This document shows positions 1 to 16,214 of a stretch of DNA of 64,000 bases, piece by piece. The notes under the pieces were generated by a model. The model saw only the letters and a program-made list of their open reading frames with translations, was not told where the DNA came from and searched no databases. Numbering within the stretch: the first letter of the stretch is position 1; the number at the start of each line of letters is the position of its first letter. A program made the translations under genes and the position numbers. Where the stretch lies: contig OZ024762.1 in NCBI GenBank assembly GCA_964016885.1, positions 13,888,001 through 13,952,000 of the forward strand, read 5' to 3'. The DNA is from Eledone cirrhosa (lineage: Eukaryota).

Positions 1-32
<32 letters not shown>

Positions 33-33
33 G

Positions 34-64
<31 letters not shown>

Positions 65-69
65 GTATG

Positions 70-100
<31 letters not shown>

Positions 101-124
101 TATGTATGTATATATATATGTATG

Positions 125-155
<31 letters not shown>

Positions 156-226
156 TATGTATGTATATATATATTTATATATATATATATGTATGTATAT
201 ATATATGTATGTATATATATATTTAT

Positions 227-267
<41 letters not shown>

Positions 268-815
268 TTTATATATATATATATGTATGTATATATATAT
301 GTATGTATATATATATTTATATATATATATATGTATGTATATATATATGTATGTATATATATATTTATATATATATATATATGTATGTATATATACATGT
401 ATGTATATATATATGTATGTATATATATATGTATGTATATATATATGTATGTATATATATATGTATGTATATATATATGTATGTATATATATATTTATAT
501 ATATATATATATGTATGTATATATATATTTATATATATATATGTATGTATATATATATTTATATATATATATGTATGTATATATATATTTATATATATAT
601 ATGTATGTATATATATATTTATATATATATATGTATGTATATATATATTTATATATATATATGTATGTATATATATATTTATATATATATATATATTTAT
701 ATATTTATATATATATATGTATGTATATATGTATATATATATATATATATATATCCATGTATATATGGATATATGGATATATATATATATATACATGGAT
801 ATATATATATATATG
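1..815. repeat. (TA)n/(TATG)n microsatellite-derived array
   Basis: Almost pure TA/TATG with periodic TTT interruptions; the I/Y/M ORFs here are artefacts. Confidence 0.97.
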
Positions 816-905
816 TGTGTTTGTGTGTTTCAGATTTGTTTAGTTTGGTTGTAAGTTGAAATTCCGGAGTTATCATTTATGTTAAAATTAATGAATGACG
901 ACATT

Positions 906-966
<61 letters not shown>

Positions 967-1217
967 CAGTGATATGATAGAGAGGAAGGGAAGATAGAGG
1001 GAGAAAGAGATGGACAGTGTTTTAATAGAGAGGATGAAAGAGGAGAGAAAGGACGAGGAGTGAGAGATGGACAGTGGTATGATAGAGAGGAAGGGAGGGG
1101 AGAGAGAGGGGGGAGAGGGAGGAGAGACAGATGGACAATGATATAATAGAGAGCGAGTGGAAGAAAGGGAGACAGAGAGAGAACATACAGCCATATAGTA
1201 ATTTTTGAACCTTAATT

Positions 1218-1262
<45 letters not shown>

Positions 1263-1266
<4 letters not shown>

Positions 1267-2316
1267 TAAAATACAAATATTAATAAAATAGATGTTCTTT
1301 TTATCAATTACATTTTATTATACATATTTCAGATGTACAACAGTACGTCCTCATCAGACAAAATATAATGATACATGACATACCCTGAGGTGTTAAATGG
1401 TTAAGATTTAATCAAGGTAGTGATTAACCTATGAGAAAGTTTAACATTTATACCCTAATAATGAGAAAATGCGAAAACGTAATAAATTCAATAGAGAATG
1501 TGTGAGTAAGAAAAACGTTGCTTAATGTAACAGTTATAGAGATTTTTAAATGTATGATACTACAATTTATCAAGGAAAGCGTCAGTGAGAGTCGCTGAGA
1601 TAATATATATAGAGAGGGGGAATATAGGAGATTTTCCGAAAGTTAAACGGTTAAGTTTGAAAATATTTAATTTATGCTATTTTAGGCTGAAGAATCAAGA
1701 TTTTAGGTTTTTTTTTAAAAAAGATTGCAGGTTATTTATTAGTTTTGTAAATTCAATAAGTGTTTTAACATTTCTAAACTTCGGAATTTTATGAGGATAA
1801 CTTTTAAAGGATTTAGCTGGCCAGCGGAAAATAAACTTTACACTGTCGAATATTTTTCTAAATGTAACCTTTACCGGAGATATTCATTGCCAACATAAAT
1901 GGTATGTACATCTTATGAAGTATTTATTGTTAGAAATATTTAAATAACTATTATGTATATATACATATATATATATTAATGAGCGTGTATATTTTAGGTA
2001 AATGATAACGAAAATAAAAATAAGATAATAGATTTAGGGATGCTAAAGTTAAATATATACGTATATATAAAAGGGTGTAACGGCATTGATTATACATAGT
2101 TCAAAATAAATGATAATCAATAAATTTAACTAAAACTTATGTATAGAATGATACATCTGAAATATGTATAATAAAATGTAATTGATAAAAAGAACATCTA
2201 TTTTATTAATATTTGTATTTTAATATTAATAACTCTGGAAAATTATTTCTCGTAGAGTGCTTCCAATCTACTGTAAAACTCATTCTTTGATATACTCATT
2301 GAATATTGTTTAACTC

Positions 2317-2320
<4 letters not shown>
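1263..2320. mobile_element. Non-coding HHR-bearing element with 75-bp inverted repeat (putative Penelope-like derivative)
   Basis: 1263-1337 is the reverse complement of 2152-2226; the left arm overlaps a complete HHR, the right arm carries only its 3' half; flanked by (CA)/(TA)n. Confidence 0.65.
1312..1364 (-). ncRNA. Type I hammerhead ribozyme, intact core (family A)
   Basis: Minus strand: attttgt-CTGATGA-ggacgtac tgtt gtacatct-GAA-ATATGTAT-A/ataaaat; stem I 7 bp, stem II 7/8 bp, near-palindromic stem III. Confidence 0.8.
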
Positions 2321-2376
<56 letters not shown>

Positions 2377-2378
2377 TA

Positions 2379-2453
2379 CCAGGCTAAAAATTCTAATTTA
2401 GTCCAGAAATAGCCGTCGAAACGGCTTCAGCTCTGCCGTCGGGTGTCATACAT

Positions 2454-2491
<38 letters not shown>

Positions 2492-2650
2492 ATAATGAAC
2501 GAGTTGTGGTAAGGAACCAGATGGACCATAACGCACCAGAGTACTCAATACTTAGGGTAGCAGAGTGGATAATAGGAGAAAGTATGACCCCGACGGCAGA
2601 GCTCAAGCCGTCGGAGTCATATATATATATATATAGAAAGCCGTCGGGGT
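2379..2650. mobile_element. Rearranged copy of palindromic GACGGC/GCCGTC element (family C)
   Basis: Shares tccagaaatagccgtcgaaacggc...gccgtcggg and the ggtaaggaaccagatggacc...gagtactcaatacttaggg tail with 25965-26163 and 34351-34491; split by (TA)n. Confidence 0.8.
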
Positions 2651-3339
2651 ATATATATATATATATATATATATAGAAAGAGATAAATATAAATTCAGCG
2701 AGAATCGTATTTCGGCGGGTAGAAATAAGCAAAACTCAATTTCCGATTTGTGTGGCAAGCGCTCCATGGACCAGAAAAGAGCAGAGCAATAAACATATGT
2801 TATAAAGGCCATACAAACTGAGACGGCGGTTAAGAAGCTATCAACCACCTAAGCCAAAAAAAACGAAGCAAGCTATACATACGGGTCAAACAAAATATGA
2901 AAGAGATAGATAGATAGATAGATAGATAGATATAGAGAGAGTGAGTGTGTGTGTGTGTGTGTGCGCGCGTGTGCGTGTGCGTGTGTGTGAGCAGTAGAAC
3001 ATGATATATTGTTCCTTACAGAACCCAGTGGGTCAGTTGAACAGATTTGAAAGCCTTGTCCGGTCATCTCACTCGGACCAATGTCATTTCTGTTTCGTCC
3101 CGCCCTACACACACACACAAACATTCTCCACAACTCTCCACATTTTTCTAATTCCCAGTCCCCTACACCACTCCCCCCTCTCCAGACCACAACCAACCCT
3201 CACTACTCCAGCCCGCCCCTCCCACAACACTCTCTTTGTGTACCATTTCCCGAGGGAAGGTCAGGGAAGGAACCCCAGCGATGTGACTATAATTGATTGA
3301 GATAACGGTTTTAGACACTTGTACACCTTCTGTTTGGTC

Positions 3340-4560
3340 TTCGATCTGTGATGGTGGCGTTGGTGGTGGGAGTGGGGCGTTTGATAATGGTGTTGTTATG
3401 GTTGTGGTTGTAGTGGTGGTGGCTGGTTGTGGTGGTGATGGTAGAGGTAGTGGTGGTGGTGGTTGTGGTGGTGGTACTGGTGGTAGTTGTTTGTGGTGGT
3501 GTTAATGGTGGTGATGGTGGAGGTAGTGGTGGTGGTACTGGCGGTAGTTGTTTGTGGTGGTGATGGTGGAGTAGTGGTGGTGGTGGTTGTAGTGGAGGTG
3601 GCTGGTTGTGGTGATGGTGGAGGTAGTGGTGGTGGTGGTTGTGGTGGTGGTACTGGTGGTAGTTGTTTGTGGTGGTGTTAGTGGTGGTGATGGTGGTGGT
3701 GGTGGGGTGTGGTGGTGGTAGTAGTGGTGCTGGTGGTTATGGTGTGGTTGTGGTAGTGATGATGGTGGTTGTGTTGGTGGTAGTAGTGGTGCTGGTGGTT
3801 ATGGTGTGGCTGTGGTAGTGGTGCTGGAGGTAGTGGTGGTGGTAGCAGTGGTTCTTGTGGTTATGGTGTTGCTGTGGTATTGATGGTAAAGGTAGTGATG
3901 GTGGTAGCAGTGGTAATGGTGTGGCTGTGTTAGTGGTGGTGGTCGTGGTGGTGGTAGCAGTGGTGCTGGTGGTTATGGTGTGGTTGTGGTAGTGATGGTG
4001 GTGGTTGTGTTGGTGGTAGTAGTGGTGCTGGTGGTTATGGTGTGGCTGTGGTAGTGGTGCTGGTAGTAGTGGTGCTGGTGGTTATGGTGTTGCTGTGGTT
4101 TTGATGGTAAAGGTAGTGATGGTGGTAGCAGTGGTAATGGTGTGGCTGTGTTAGTGGTGGTGGTCGTGGTGGTGGTAGCAGTGGTGGTTATGGTGTGGCT
4201 GTGGTAGTGGTGCTGGAGGTAGTGGTGGTGGTAGTAGTGGTGCTGGTGGTTATGGTGTGGTTGTGGTAGTGATGGTAGAGGTAGTGGTGGGGTCGATATA
4301 GTCGGTAGGGATGGTCGTGGTGGAGATGGTGATGGAAGTGGTGTTGTTTGTGATGCTGATGGTCATGATTGTAATAGTGGTGAGTCAGGACTGTCTCAGG
4401 AGTAGTGGAGGTGGTGTTAATTGTGTTGACAGTATTGGTTGTCCTGGTAATGGTAGTGGTGGTGGTGGTAGTGGTGGTAATGGTGGTTAGTTGTAGTGGT
4501 TGTTCTGGTGGTGGTAATGATGGTAGTAGCGGTGCTGGTGTCGTTATAGAATGTGGTGAC
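3340..4560. repeat. Degenerate (GGT)n low-complexity tract with internal duplications
   Basis: GGT/AGT-rich; longer blocks are repeated within the tract. Confidence 0.9.
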
Positions 4561-4584
4561 AATGTTGCTGTTATTATTTTCGTT

Positions 4585-4886
4585 GGACGGTGGACTGGCA
4601 GTATCGGTAGAGCGTCGGACGCAATACTTTTCAGCATGGAGTTACGGCCCTTTACGGTCTGAGTTCAAATTCCGCCGTCGATAAAATAAAATACTAGTGA
4701 TGTACTGCGGTAATTGCTGGCCTTGTGCCAAATGTAGAAACAATTATATTATTACGGAAGGTGAATTGGCAGCATGGAGTTACGGCCCGTTACGGTCTGA
4801 GTTACAATTCCGCCGTCGATAATAATAAAGTACCAGTAATGTACTGCGGTAATTGCTGGTCTTGTGCCAAATGTAGAAACAATTAT
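4585..4886 (+). mobile_element. Tandem pair of internally deleted tRNA-derived SINEs
   Basis: A-box-like tggcagtatcggtaga, B-box gagttcaaattcc, tail gctggccttgtgccaaatgtagaaacaatt; units 4585-4753 and about 4755-4886. Confidence 0.85.
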
Positions 4887-5249
4887 GTTCGTACTACGCG
4901 ATAAAGGTGTTGCTTGCAATAGTAGTTGTGGTGATGATGATGATGATGATGATGGGGGTGGTGGTGGTTGTTTTCCTGGCATTCGTGGTTGTGATTGTTG
5001 TAGTGGTGGAGGTTGTAGTGGTGGAGGTTGTAGTGGTGGAGGTGAATGTGGCAATGGATTCCAGCATGTCGAGTAACTATGTCCATACAAGTTAGCTTGT
5101 TGTATACCAATACCGAGAAAGTAACTATATAATCGGGCTATGTTTGGTAATCGAAATACATCTCACTCGGTTACATATATTAGATATACATACATTAGCA
5201 TCTTTAAATTAAGAGTTAATTTGCTGTTTCCAGTTGAGCGTCTGACTAC

Positions 5250-6834
5250 ATTGTTGTTGCTGTTGTTGTTGTTGTTGTTGCTGTGCTGTTGGTGCTGTTG
5301 TTGTTATTGTTGTTGCTGTTGTTGTCGCTGTGCTGTTGTCGTTGTTATTGTTGTTGCTGTTATTGTTGTTGTTGTCGCTGTGCTGTTGTCGTTGTTATTG
5401 TTGCTGTGCTGTTGGTGCTGTTATTGTTGTTGTTGTTATTGTTGTTGCTGTTGGTATTGCTGTTTTTGTTGTTGCTGTTGCTATAGTTGTTATTGTTGTT
5501 GTCTAATGCCCCGGAAAACTTTAGTGAGTTGCTGTGTGTTTAAAGTCGTTCCAGCCATGACCATTCCAACCTAAATGGACAATAATTTTAATTGTGGTGG
5601 CGCTAGTAATGGAAGCGGTGCTGTTGGTGGTAGTTCTGGGTGAGATGGCGGTGGTGTCGATGGTAGTAAGTGTGGTGATGGTGATGGTGATGGTGGGATG
5701 TGTGTGGTGATGCCTGTGATGGCAGAGGTGGCGGTGGTGGTGGGGTAGTAAGTGGTGTGATGATGCTGATGGGGGTCGGATTAGCTTTTCCGGAATGTGA
5801 AGTGGTGTCAGAGAAAAATGACCTCTGGGCAGAGCGAAAGTTTGAGGGAGAGATAAGTGGTAATGGTGGTGTTGGGTGTGGTGTTGGTGGTGTTGGGTGT
5901 GGTGCTGGGTGTGGTGTTGGTGGTGTTGGGTGTGGTGTTGGTGGTAGACAGGTGGGGGTGGTGTTTATGGTGGTGGTGTTGGTGGGATGTGGTGTTGATG
6001 GGTTTTGGTGTTGATGGTGTTGTTGGTGTTGGGTGTGGTGATGGTGTTGATGGTGATGGTGATGGGTGTGGTGTTGTTGGTGATGGTGTTGATGGTGTTG
6101 GGTGTGATGTTGATGGTGGCGGAGTTATGTTTGGTATAGTGTTAGTGGTGTTGGTGGTGCTGATGGTGGTGGCGTTGTTGCTGATGGGGCTGTTGGTGGT
6201 GTTGGTGGTGCTGATGGTGGTGGCGTTGTTGCTGATGGGGTTGTTGGTGGTGTTGGTGGTGCTGATGGGGCTGTTGGTGGTGGTGTTGGTGGTGCTGATG
6301 GTGGTGGCGTTGTTACTGATGGGGCTGTTAGTGGTGTTGGTGGTGGAGTGGTGGTGTTTGTGCTGTTGCTGATGGTGATGGTGGTATAGTTGTGGTGGTT
6401 GCGGGGTGGTAAAGTGGTTGTATGACTGATGGTGGTGGCGATGCTGTCTGTGGTGGCGGAGTGATGGAGGGGTGGTGTTGCTGATGGTGGGGTGGTTCTA
6501 TTTATTTAACTCATATGTCCACAACTGTGGATCCATTCCTCCTGCTGTTGGCAGCTGCAACGGTGGTGGTGGTGGTGGAGTGGTATTGATGGTGGTGTTG
6601 ATGGTGGTGATAGTGGTGTGATGTTGATGGTGGTGATAGTGGCGTCGTTGTTGGTGGTGGTGGTGGTGGAGTGGTGTTGATGGTGGAGTGAGTGGTGGTG
6701 ATGGTGGTGTGGTGTTGATGATGGTGTTGATAGTGGTGATAGTGGTGGTGGAGTGGTGTTGATGGTGGAGTGGTGTTGATGAGGTGGGTAATATGTACTA
6801 GGTTCGGTGGTGTCGGTGGTGGTGAGGGTGTAGC

Positions 6835-6867
<33 letters not shown>

Positions 6868-6920
6868 GGTCATATTTGCTGGTTTTGTTGATAGTGGTGA
6901 TATGTGTGGTGGTGGTGGGG
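5250..6920. repeat. (TGT)n/(GGT)n/(ATT)n low-complexity tracts
   Basis: Trinucleotide-derived sequence with short unique spacers. Confidence 0.9.
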
Positions 6921-7375
6921 TGTTTTGTTGAACCAATGTGCATTTGACCTGTGCAAATATTTGGTCAGAGATGGACAGAGGTCAGTGGCCGGAATTACGT
7001 CTGTATGTACTGAGGAGAGGTAATGGAGGAACATAAAGATAGAGAGAGAGAGAGAGTGTGTAAGGTAGAAATATAGATAGGGAGAGAGCGAGAGAGAGAG
7101 AGAGTGTGAGGTAGAAATATAGATAGGGAGAGAGCGAGAGAGAAAGAGAGTGAGTGGGACAGAGTGAGGCATAGAGTGAGGTAGAGAGTGAGTGGGACAG
7201 AGTGAGTGGGACAGAGTGAGGGAGATAGTGAGGCAGAGAGGGGAGGAGGGGACAAGGATCAGAGATGACCAGTGAAGGTCTGGGAAGAGGAGGAGGTGGA
7301 TGTGTTGGATGAGGAGGTAGGGGAGAAAAGGTTGACCATTGACTGACCAGGCCAGCAGAAACTGGAAACAATGAG

Positions 7376-7416
<41 letters not shown>

Positions 7417-7563
7417 AATATATATATATACAAATAAATATATATATATATATAATTGAATATATATATATATATATATATACAAATAAATATATATATA
7501 TATATATAATTAAATATATATATATATATATATATATATACAAATAAATATATATATATATAT

Positions 7564-7684
<121 letters not shown>

Positions 7685-8109
7685 AATATATATATATATA
7701 TATATATATACAAATATATATATATATATATATATATAATAGAGAGAAAGAGAGAGAGAGAGAGAGAGGAGACAGATAAACATATGGATAGATAGATAGA
7801 CAGACAAATAGAGAGAGAAAGACAAACAGATAGATAGATAGGAAGAGTGAGTGAGAATGGTGCAGGGAGCAAGGATCAGAAATGAGTTGTGTCGATCTGA
7901 GAGGGGGAGGAGGAGGAGGAGAAGAAAAAAGAGGGGGAGCAGGGGGGGGGGTAGGAGTGGAAGAAGATGGGAAAATGTTGACCATTGACTGTGAAGACCA
8001 GCAGAAACCTGAAGTAATAAGTGTAATGGAGTCTACTTTGTTTAGAAACAAGAGCATAGTGTTGATGAAACGGGCAGCGGATAACAGTCACTTATATCGA
8101 TCGTTAGCA

Positions 8110-8166
8110 CTCAGTATTTTACTGGTACTTTAGTTTATCGACCACCAAATTATGAAAGGTAAATTG
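8110..8166 (-). mobile_element. Degenerate SINE core fragment
   Basis: actggtactttagtttatcgaccacc...atgaaagg matches the SINE core seen elsewhere in the window. Confidence 0.6.
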
Positions 8167-8770
8167 GTATTGGTGGTGGTGGTGATGATGCTGTTGGTAG
8201 AGTAGGTGTTGGTGGTGGTGGTGGTGATATAATTGGTAGGGTTGATCTTGTTGGTGTTATGGTTGTTGTTGTTGTTGTTGTTAGTGGTGGTGGTGGTGGT
8301 GGTGATGGTAGTGGTAGTGTTGTTGGTAGTATTGTAGTTGTTGGTGATGATGGTGATGCTGTCCATTGAGACGTTCCTCGTGGTGGCGTGGGGGGGTGTT
8401 GATGGTGATGGCGGCGGCGTTGGTCATGGTGGTGTTGTCGATGGTGGTGTTGGTGTTGGTGGTGTTGGTGGTGTCGGTGATTGTGCTATTGGTATTGGTG
8501 ATGCTACCGATGGTGATGATGATGATGATGATGATGGCGGTGGTGGTGCACATTCAAGTGGTATATAGTGAGTGTCCAGAAGCAATTTGACCAATGTAAA
8601 TTATTGTACTGGTCATTGATGGTGTGGCTATTGAATGAAGGAATGTTAAGTAGAGGTGGTGGTGGTGGTGGTGGTCTTTGACCGGAGGTGTGTTAAGTAG
8701 TGAAGGTGGTGGTGGTGGTGGTGGTGGGTGTTGATTGCGGTGTGGGTGTTTATCTTTTTATATTTATATA

Positions 8771-8867
8771 CAATGTGTTCCACAAAAATGTATACACACT
8801 TCGAGAGCATTCTTATAAATATTGGCTGTACAGGTAATAGAAGTATGTATACGTTTTTGGGGACACC

Positions 8868-8870
<3 letters not shown>
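8771..8870. mobile_element. About 100-bp Tc1/mariner-type MITE
   Basis: Degenerate left TIR caatgtgttccacaaaaatgtatac, right TIR gtatacgtttttggggacaccctg, TA on both sides; homologous to 9124-9225 and 47276-47375. Confidence 0.8.
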
Positions 8871-8908
<38 letters not shown>

Positions 8909-8911
<3 letters not shown>

Positions 8912-8966
8912 GGTGTCTCCCAAAAATGTATACACATTTTGATTACCTATACAGCCAATATTTTTT
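8909..8966. mobile_element. Truncated MITE copy, opposite orientation
   Basis: cagggtgtctcccaaaaatgtatac...cagccaatattt resembles the reverse complement of the right half of 8771-8870. Confidence 0.7.
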
Positions 8967-9011
8967 ACGTATATATATGTGTGCATACGTACATATATAT
9001 ATGTGTGCATG

Positions 9012-9046
<35 letters not shown>

Positions 9047-9123
9047 TACTGTACGTCTGTAAACATATATGTATGTGCGTATACATACTTATATTCAATA
9101 TTTATTATATATATATATATATA

Positions 9124-9225
9124 CAGGGTGTTTCACAAAACTGTATACACACTTCAACAGTATTCTAATAAATATTGCTTGTACAGGTAATTAAAGTATG
9201 CATACATTTTTTATGGGACGCCCTG
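9124..9225. mobile_element. About 100-bp Tc1/mariner-type MITE
   Basis: ta|CAGGGTGTTTCACAAAA...TTTTATGGGACGCCCTG|ta. Confidence 0.85.
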
Positions 9226-9529
9226 TATATATAATTTAATGGCCTGGTGCTACCATGGTTTACATAATCAGTTTAAACCGATGTTAGTGGTGGTGGCGGT
9301 GGCGGCGGTGGTGGTGGTGGTGGCGGTGGTGGCGGTGGTGGTGGTTGTGGTGGTCAGTCTGTGGCCGGAGAAATTTTCGGGAGTTGGTCTGGGAATAATA
9401 ATATTTTGGTATTGAATTGGGTGACCGCGAGGCTGTATGAAAGATCGGAAGTATTTGGTCAGAACTAGAATAGGGGTCAGTGGTAAGGTTATACTGTGTA
9501 GTGGCCGAAGTGGGGTGGCGTTCATGCCT

Positions 9530-10150
9530 GTAATATGTAGGGGGGGGGGGGGGTAGATTAGTGGTGTGAGTGAGTGGGGGATCTGTGGTGAGGGTAAATG
9601 TTGGACATTGCTTAAAGGTGGTTAGTATATGGCCAAAGAAGAATAGAGACGGCGGAGGTGGCGGTGTAGTGTCTGTAATACGGAGGTGTAGATTAGTAAT
9701 GGTGTAGAGTAGGGGTCTGTGGTGGGACTAAGGGCTGGACATTGCTGAAAGGTGGTGGTCAATATATGGCCGAAGAGGTATAGAGACGAAGCGTGGTGGC
9801 GTGGGTGTCTGTAACGTGGAGGTTTAGATTAGTGGTGGGAGGGGGAGTCTGCAGTGGTGGTAAGTGGTGGTCAATATATGGCCGAAGAAATATAGAGACG
9901 AAGAGGAGTGGCGTGGGTGTCTGTAACGTGGAGGTTTAGATTAGTGGTGGGAGGGGAAGTCTGCAGTGGTGGTAAGTGGTGGTCTGCATTGCTGAAAGGT
10001 GGTGGTCAATATATGGCCGAAGAAATATAGAGACGAAGGGGGAGGGTAATGTCTGTAATGCGTAGGTGTAGATAAATGGGAGTGGGGTGGGTTCTGTGGT
10101 GGTAAATGCCGGACATTGCTGTAAGGTGGTCAGTGTATGGCCGAAGAAGT
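9530..10150. repeat. Diverged minisatellite, about 110-140-bp unit, about 5 copies
   Basis: Recurring tatggccgaaga...tagagacg...gtctgtaa...tagattagtggt. Confidence 0.8.
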
Positions 10151-11032
10151 ACAGAAATTATGGTGATAGAAGAAGCAAAGTGTAGTTGGAATTTTGAAGA
10201 ATGGTGTGGACTGGACAGTAAGTGGATGACCAGCACAACATTTTTGAGAGGGTGGATGTGGTGGTGGTGGTGGTGGTGGTGGTGGATGTGGTGGTGGTGG
10301 ATGTGGTCAGTGGATGGAGAAATATTGATGGTAGATGGTTAGAAGAAGAGTTAGTCGACGAGTGGTGGATGACCAGGAGAGGTGAAGGTGGGGGCGGGGG
10401 AGCAGTATGTGACATTGGTCAGTGGTTGGGGTGGGTGGGGTGTCTCGAATATCACCATTGGCTAGAATGGTATACAGCGTGATAATGGTGGTGATGATTA
10501 TGGTGGTAGTGGTGGTGTGGTGGTGGTGTAGTGTGGTGTGGTGTTGTGTGGTGATGTTGTCGGTGGTGGTCTGGAGTGGTGTGGTGGTGGTCTGGTGTGG
10601 TGTAGTGTGGTGTGGTTGTGGTGATGGTGGTCTGGTGTAGTGTAGTGTGGTGTGGTGTTGTGTGGTGGTGGTGGTGGTGGTGGTCTGGTGTGGTGTCATG
10701 TAGTGTCGTGTAGTGTAGTAGTGGTGGTGGTGGTCTCGTGTGGTGTGGTGTGGTGTAGTGGTGTGGTGTGGTGGTGGTGATGGTTTTGTGTGGTGTGGTG
10801 TTGTGTGGTGGAGGTGTGGTGTTGTGGTGGTGGTCTGGTGTGGTGCAGTCTGGTCTGGTGTGGTGGTGGTTGGTGGTGTGGTGCGGCTTGGAGCAGCGTG
10901 GTGTGGTGTGGTGTGGTGTTGTGGTGGTGGTCTGTGTAGAGGTTATATTTAATTTGTTGGGATACAATAAGCAAAATATTTTTATAACTGATATAACGCA
11001 CTCAACAAATTATTGGAATAAACATACAAGAT

Positions 11033-11202
11033 TCCAACCAGAATGGTTGCATTTTTTAAGGGTATGTCAATATTTATTTATAAAACTAACCTATATTATA
11101 TTTTATCTGATGAAAGCGCACCATAGTTTTCTCTGGTGGCCCTTCAAATATGTATAATGAAATAAATATGGTTTTATAAATATAGTTTTCATTTGTTAAT
11201 AT

Positions 11203-11206
<4 letters not shown>
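11033..11206 (+). mobile_element. Family A HHR element; HHR at 11101-11162 has G12->C
   Basis: ttttat-CTGATGA-aagcgcacca...tggtggccctt-CAA-ATATGTAT-A/atgaaa; whole segment is a reverse-complement homologue of 47417-47587. Confidence 0.75.
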
Positions 11207-11233
<27 letters not shown>

Positions 11234-11699
11234 TGGTTGATGCGATGAGTTGACCAGTACAAGACTTTGGTCAATATAAGAGTAGTGGTCAGTTTGTAGA
11301 GGAAGGCTGCCCCCTCTCTATATCTACTATACGGTATTTCTCTTCCAATCCCCCTCTCTATCTCTACTATACGGTATTCTCTTCCATTTCCCCTCTCTAT
11401 ATCAATTATCGAGAAACTCTCCCCCTCTCTGTATATACTGCAGGGTACTTTCTTCCATTTCCCCTCTCTATATCAATTACCACCAAACACTCCCCCTCTC
11501 TATATTTACTATACAGAACTCTCTCCCAATCTTCCCTCTCTATATCAGTTACCACCAAACTCTCCCCCTCTCTATATATCTCTCTCCCATCTGTCTCTAC
11601 ATAATATGTATATAAATTGTAGCGCATATACAGCTAGATGTGTGTTTTGCTTGTTTGGGGAGAAAGATATAACCTGCCCCTCCCCCCACCGTTGCATCG

Positions 11700-13960
<2,261 letters not shown>

Positions 13961-14125
13961 TATAAGCAAATTACAAAAAAATCACTAGTACGAAGCTAAT
14001 TGGAAGTATATAGGGAAGGATATATACAGAGGTCACATAAACACACACTCACACACACATATATATATATATATATGCGTGTGTGTATATATATATATCT
14101 GGGTGTATGTATATGTGTGTATGTG

Positions 14126-14160
<35 letters not shown>

Positions 14161-14269
14161 ATGTCAACAAGCCATTAATTGTAAGGTTAATAATTGGCCA
14201 ATATAATTATGATGGATGGGTTAGTCAGTAATGGTTTTCTATTAATGAAATGCTATGCGAAACCATGTA

Positions 14270-14320
<51 letters not shown>

Positions 14321-14322
14321 TA

Positions 14323-14371
<49 letters not shown>

Positions 14372-14450
14372 CATTTATTTATATATATATAGTGTACTTA
14401 TTTATATATAGATATATATATATATAGTGTACTTAAAATATGACACACAT

Positions 14451-14517
<67 letters not shown>

Positions 14518-14799
14518 AGAACAACCTGTATATAAACACATACGGGATCCATGTATATATATGTGTACATAGATATATTCACATGTACATATATACATAT
14601 ACATACATGAGGTACATATACAGACGTACATATATATATATATATATATATACACATGAGGTACATATATAGACGTACATATATATATACATGACGTACA
14701 TATATAGACGTACATATATACATATACACACATAAGGTACATATATAGACGTACATATATACATATATAACCATGAGGTACATATATAGACGTACATAT

Positions 14800-15305
14800 A
14801 CACCACCACCACTACCACCACCACCAACAACAACAAAACCACCACCACCACCACCAACAACAACACCACCACCACCAACAACAACACCAACAACACCACC
14901 AACACCACCAACACCACCAACAACAATAACTACACCAACACCACCACTACAACCACCACCAACAACAACAACGCCACCACCGCCACCAACAACACCACCA
15001 CCAACAACAACAACGTCACCACCACCACCACCACCACCACCACCACAACCGCCACCACGACCACAACCACCACTACCACCACCAACAACAACAACAACGT
15101 CACCACCACCACAACCACCACCACCACCACAACCACCACTACCACCACCACCAACAACAACAACGCCACCACCACCACCACCACCACCACCACAACCGCC
15201 ACCAACACCACCACCACCACCACCACCACCACCACCACCACCACCACCACCACTACCACCACCACCAACAACAACAACGTCACCACCACCACCACCACCA
15301 CCACC

Positions 15306-15352
<47 letters not shown>

Positions 15353-15580
15353 CGCCACCACCAACAACAACAACACCGCCACCACCACCACCACCACCAC
15401 CAACAACAATAACTACACCAACACCACCACTACAACCACGACCACCAACAACAACACCACCACCACCACCACCATCACCACCACCGCCAACAACGCCACC
15501 ACCACCAACAACAACAACAACGCCACCACCAACAACAACACCACCACCACCACCACCACCACCACCACCAACAACAACAC
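14800..15580. repeat. (ACC)n/(AAC)n tract
   Basis: Trinucleotide-derived; the Pro/Thr ORF is an artefact. Confidence 0.95.
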
Positions 15581-15868
15581 AAACCGTATCTATATCGATC
15601 TGCCGTCATGAGAAATGAACTCGAATTTTTAAAAAATCTTCTTTAAAAAAAACTTGTCTATTATTTTCCGGCTGAGTTGCTCAGATTTGTCTCAAGTGTC
15701 TTATTTGAGATTTAGGAATTAGAATTTGGCAGATTGGGAAATGGAAAAGACAGGGGAACATATCTGTTTGGAAGCGAATAGAAGGTACTCACGCACACAT
15801 ACACATACATACATACACACATATATATACACACACACACATACACACATAGATACACATACAGAGAT

Positions 15869-15948
<80 letters not shown>

Positions 15949-16100
15949 TGAGAGAAGGTGAGAGAGAGTGAGAAAGAGAGAGAGACCAAAGTGTTAGGAG
16001 TGGAATTGGTAATCGAAATTAGCAAAGGTCTGTCGTATCTCTCTCTCTCTTTCTCACTCTCTCTCTCTCTCTCTCTTTCTCTTTCTCACTCTTTCTATCC

Positions 16101-16138
<38 letters not shown>

Positions 16139-16214
16139 TATATGTATATATATTATATATATATAATATTAACAATATTAATTAATGGAAAACATCTTTA
16201 TAATACCATATCTA

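Noticed and set aside
3015-3110. Possible exon after ttgttccttacag
   Set aside because: There is no convincing donor site and no recognisable peptide.
14773-15618. Extensin/mucin-like Pro-Thr ORF (281 aa)
   Set aside because: It is an (ACC)/(AAC) repeat; the start lies in a TA-derived repeat, and there is no signal peptide or splice evidence.
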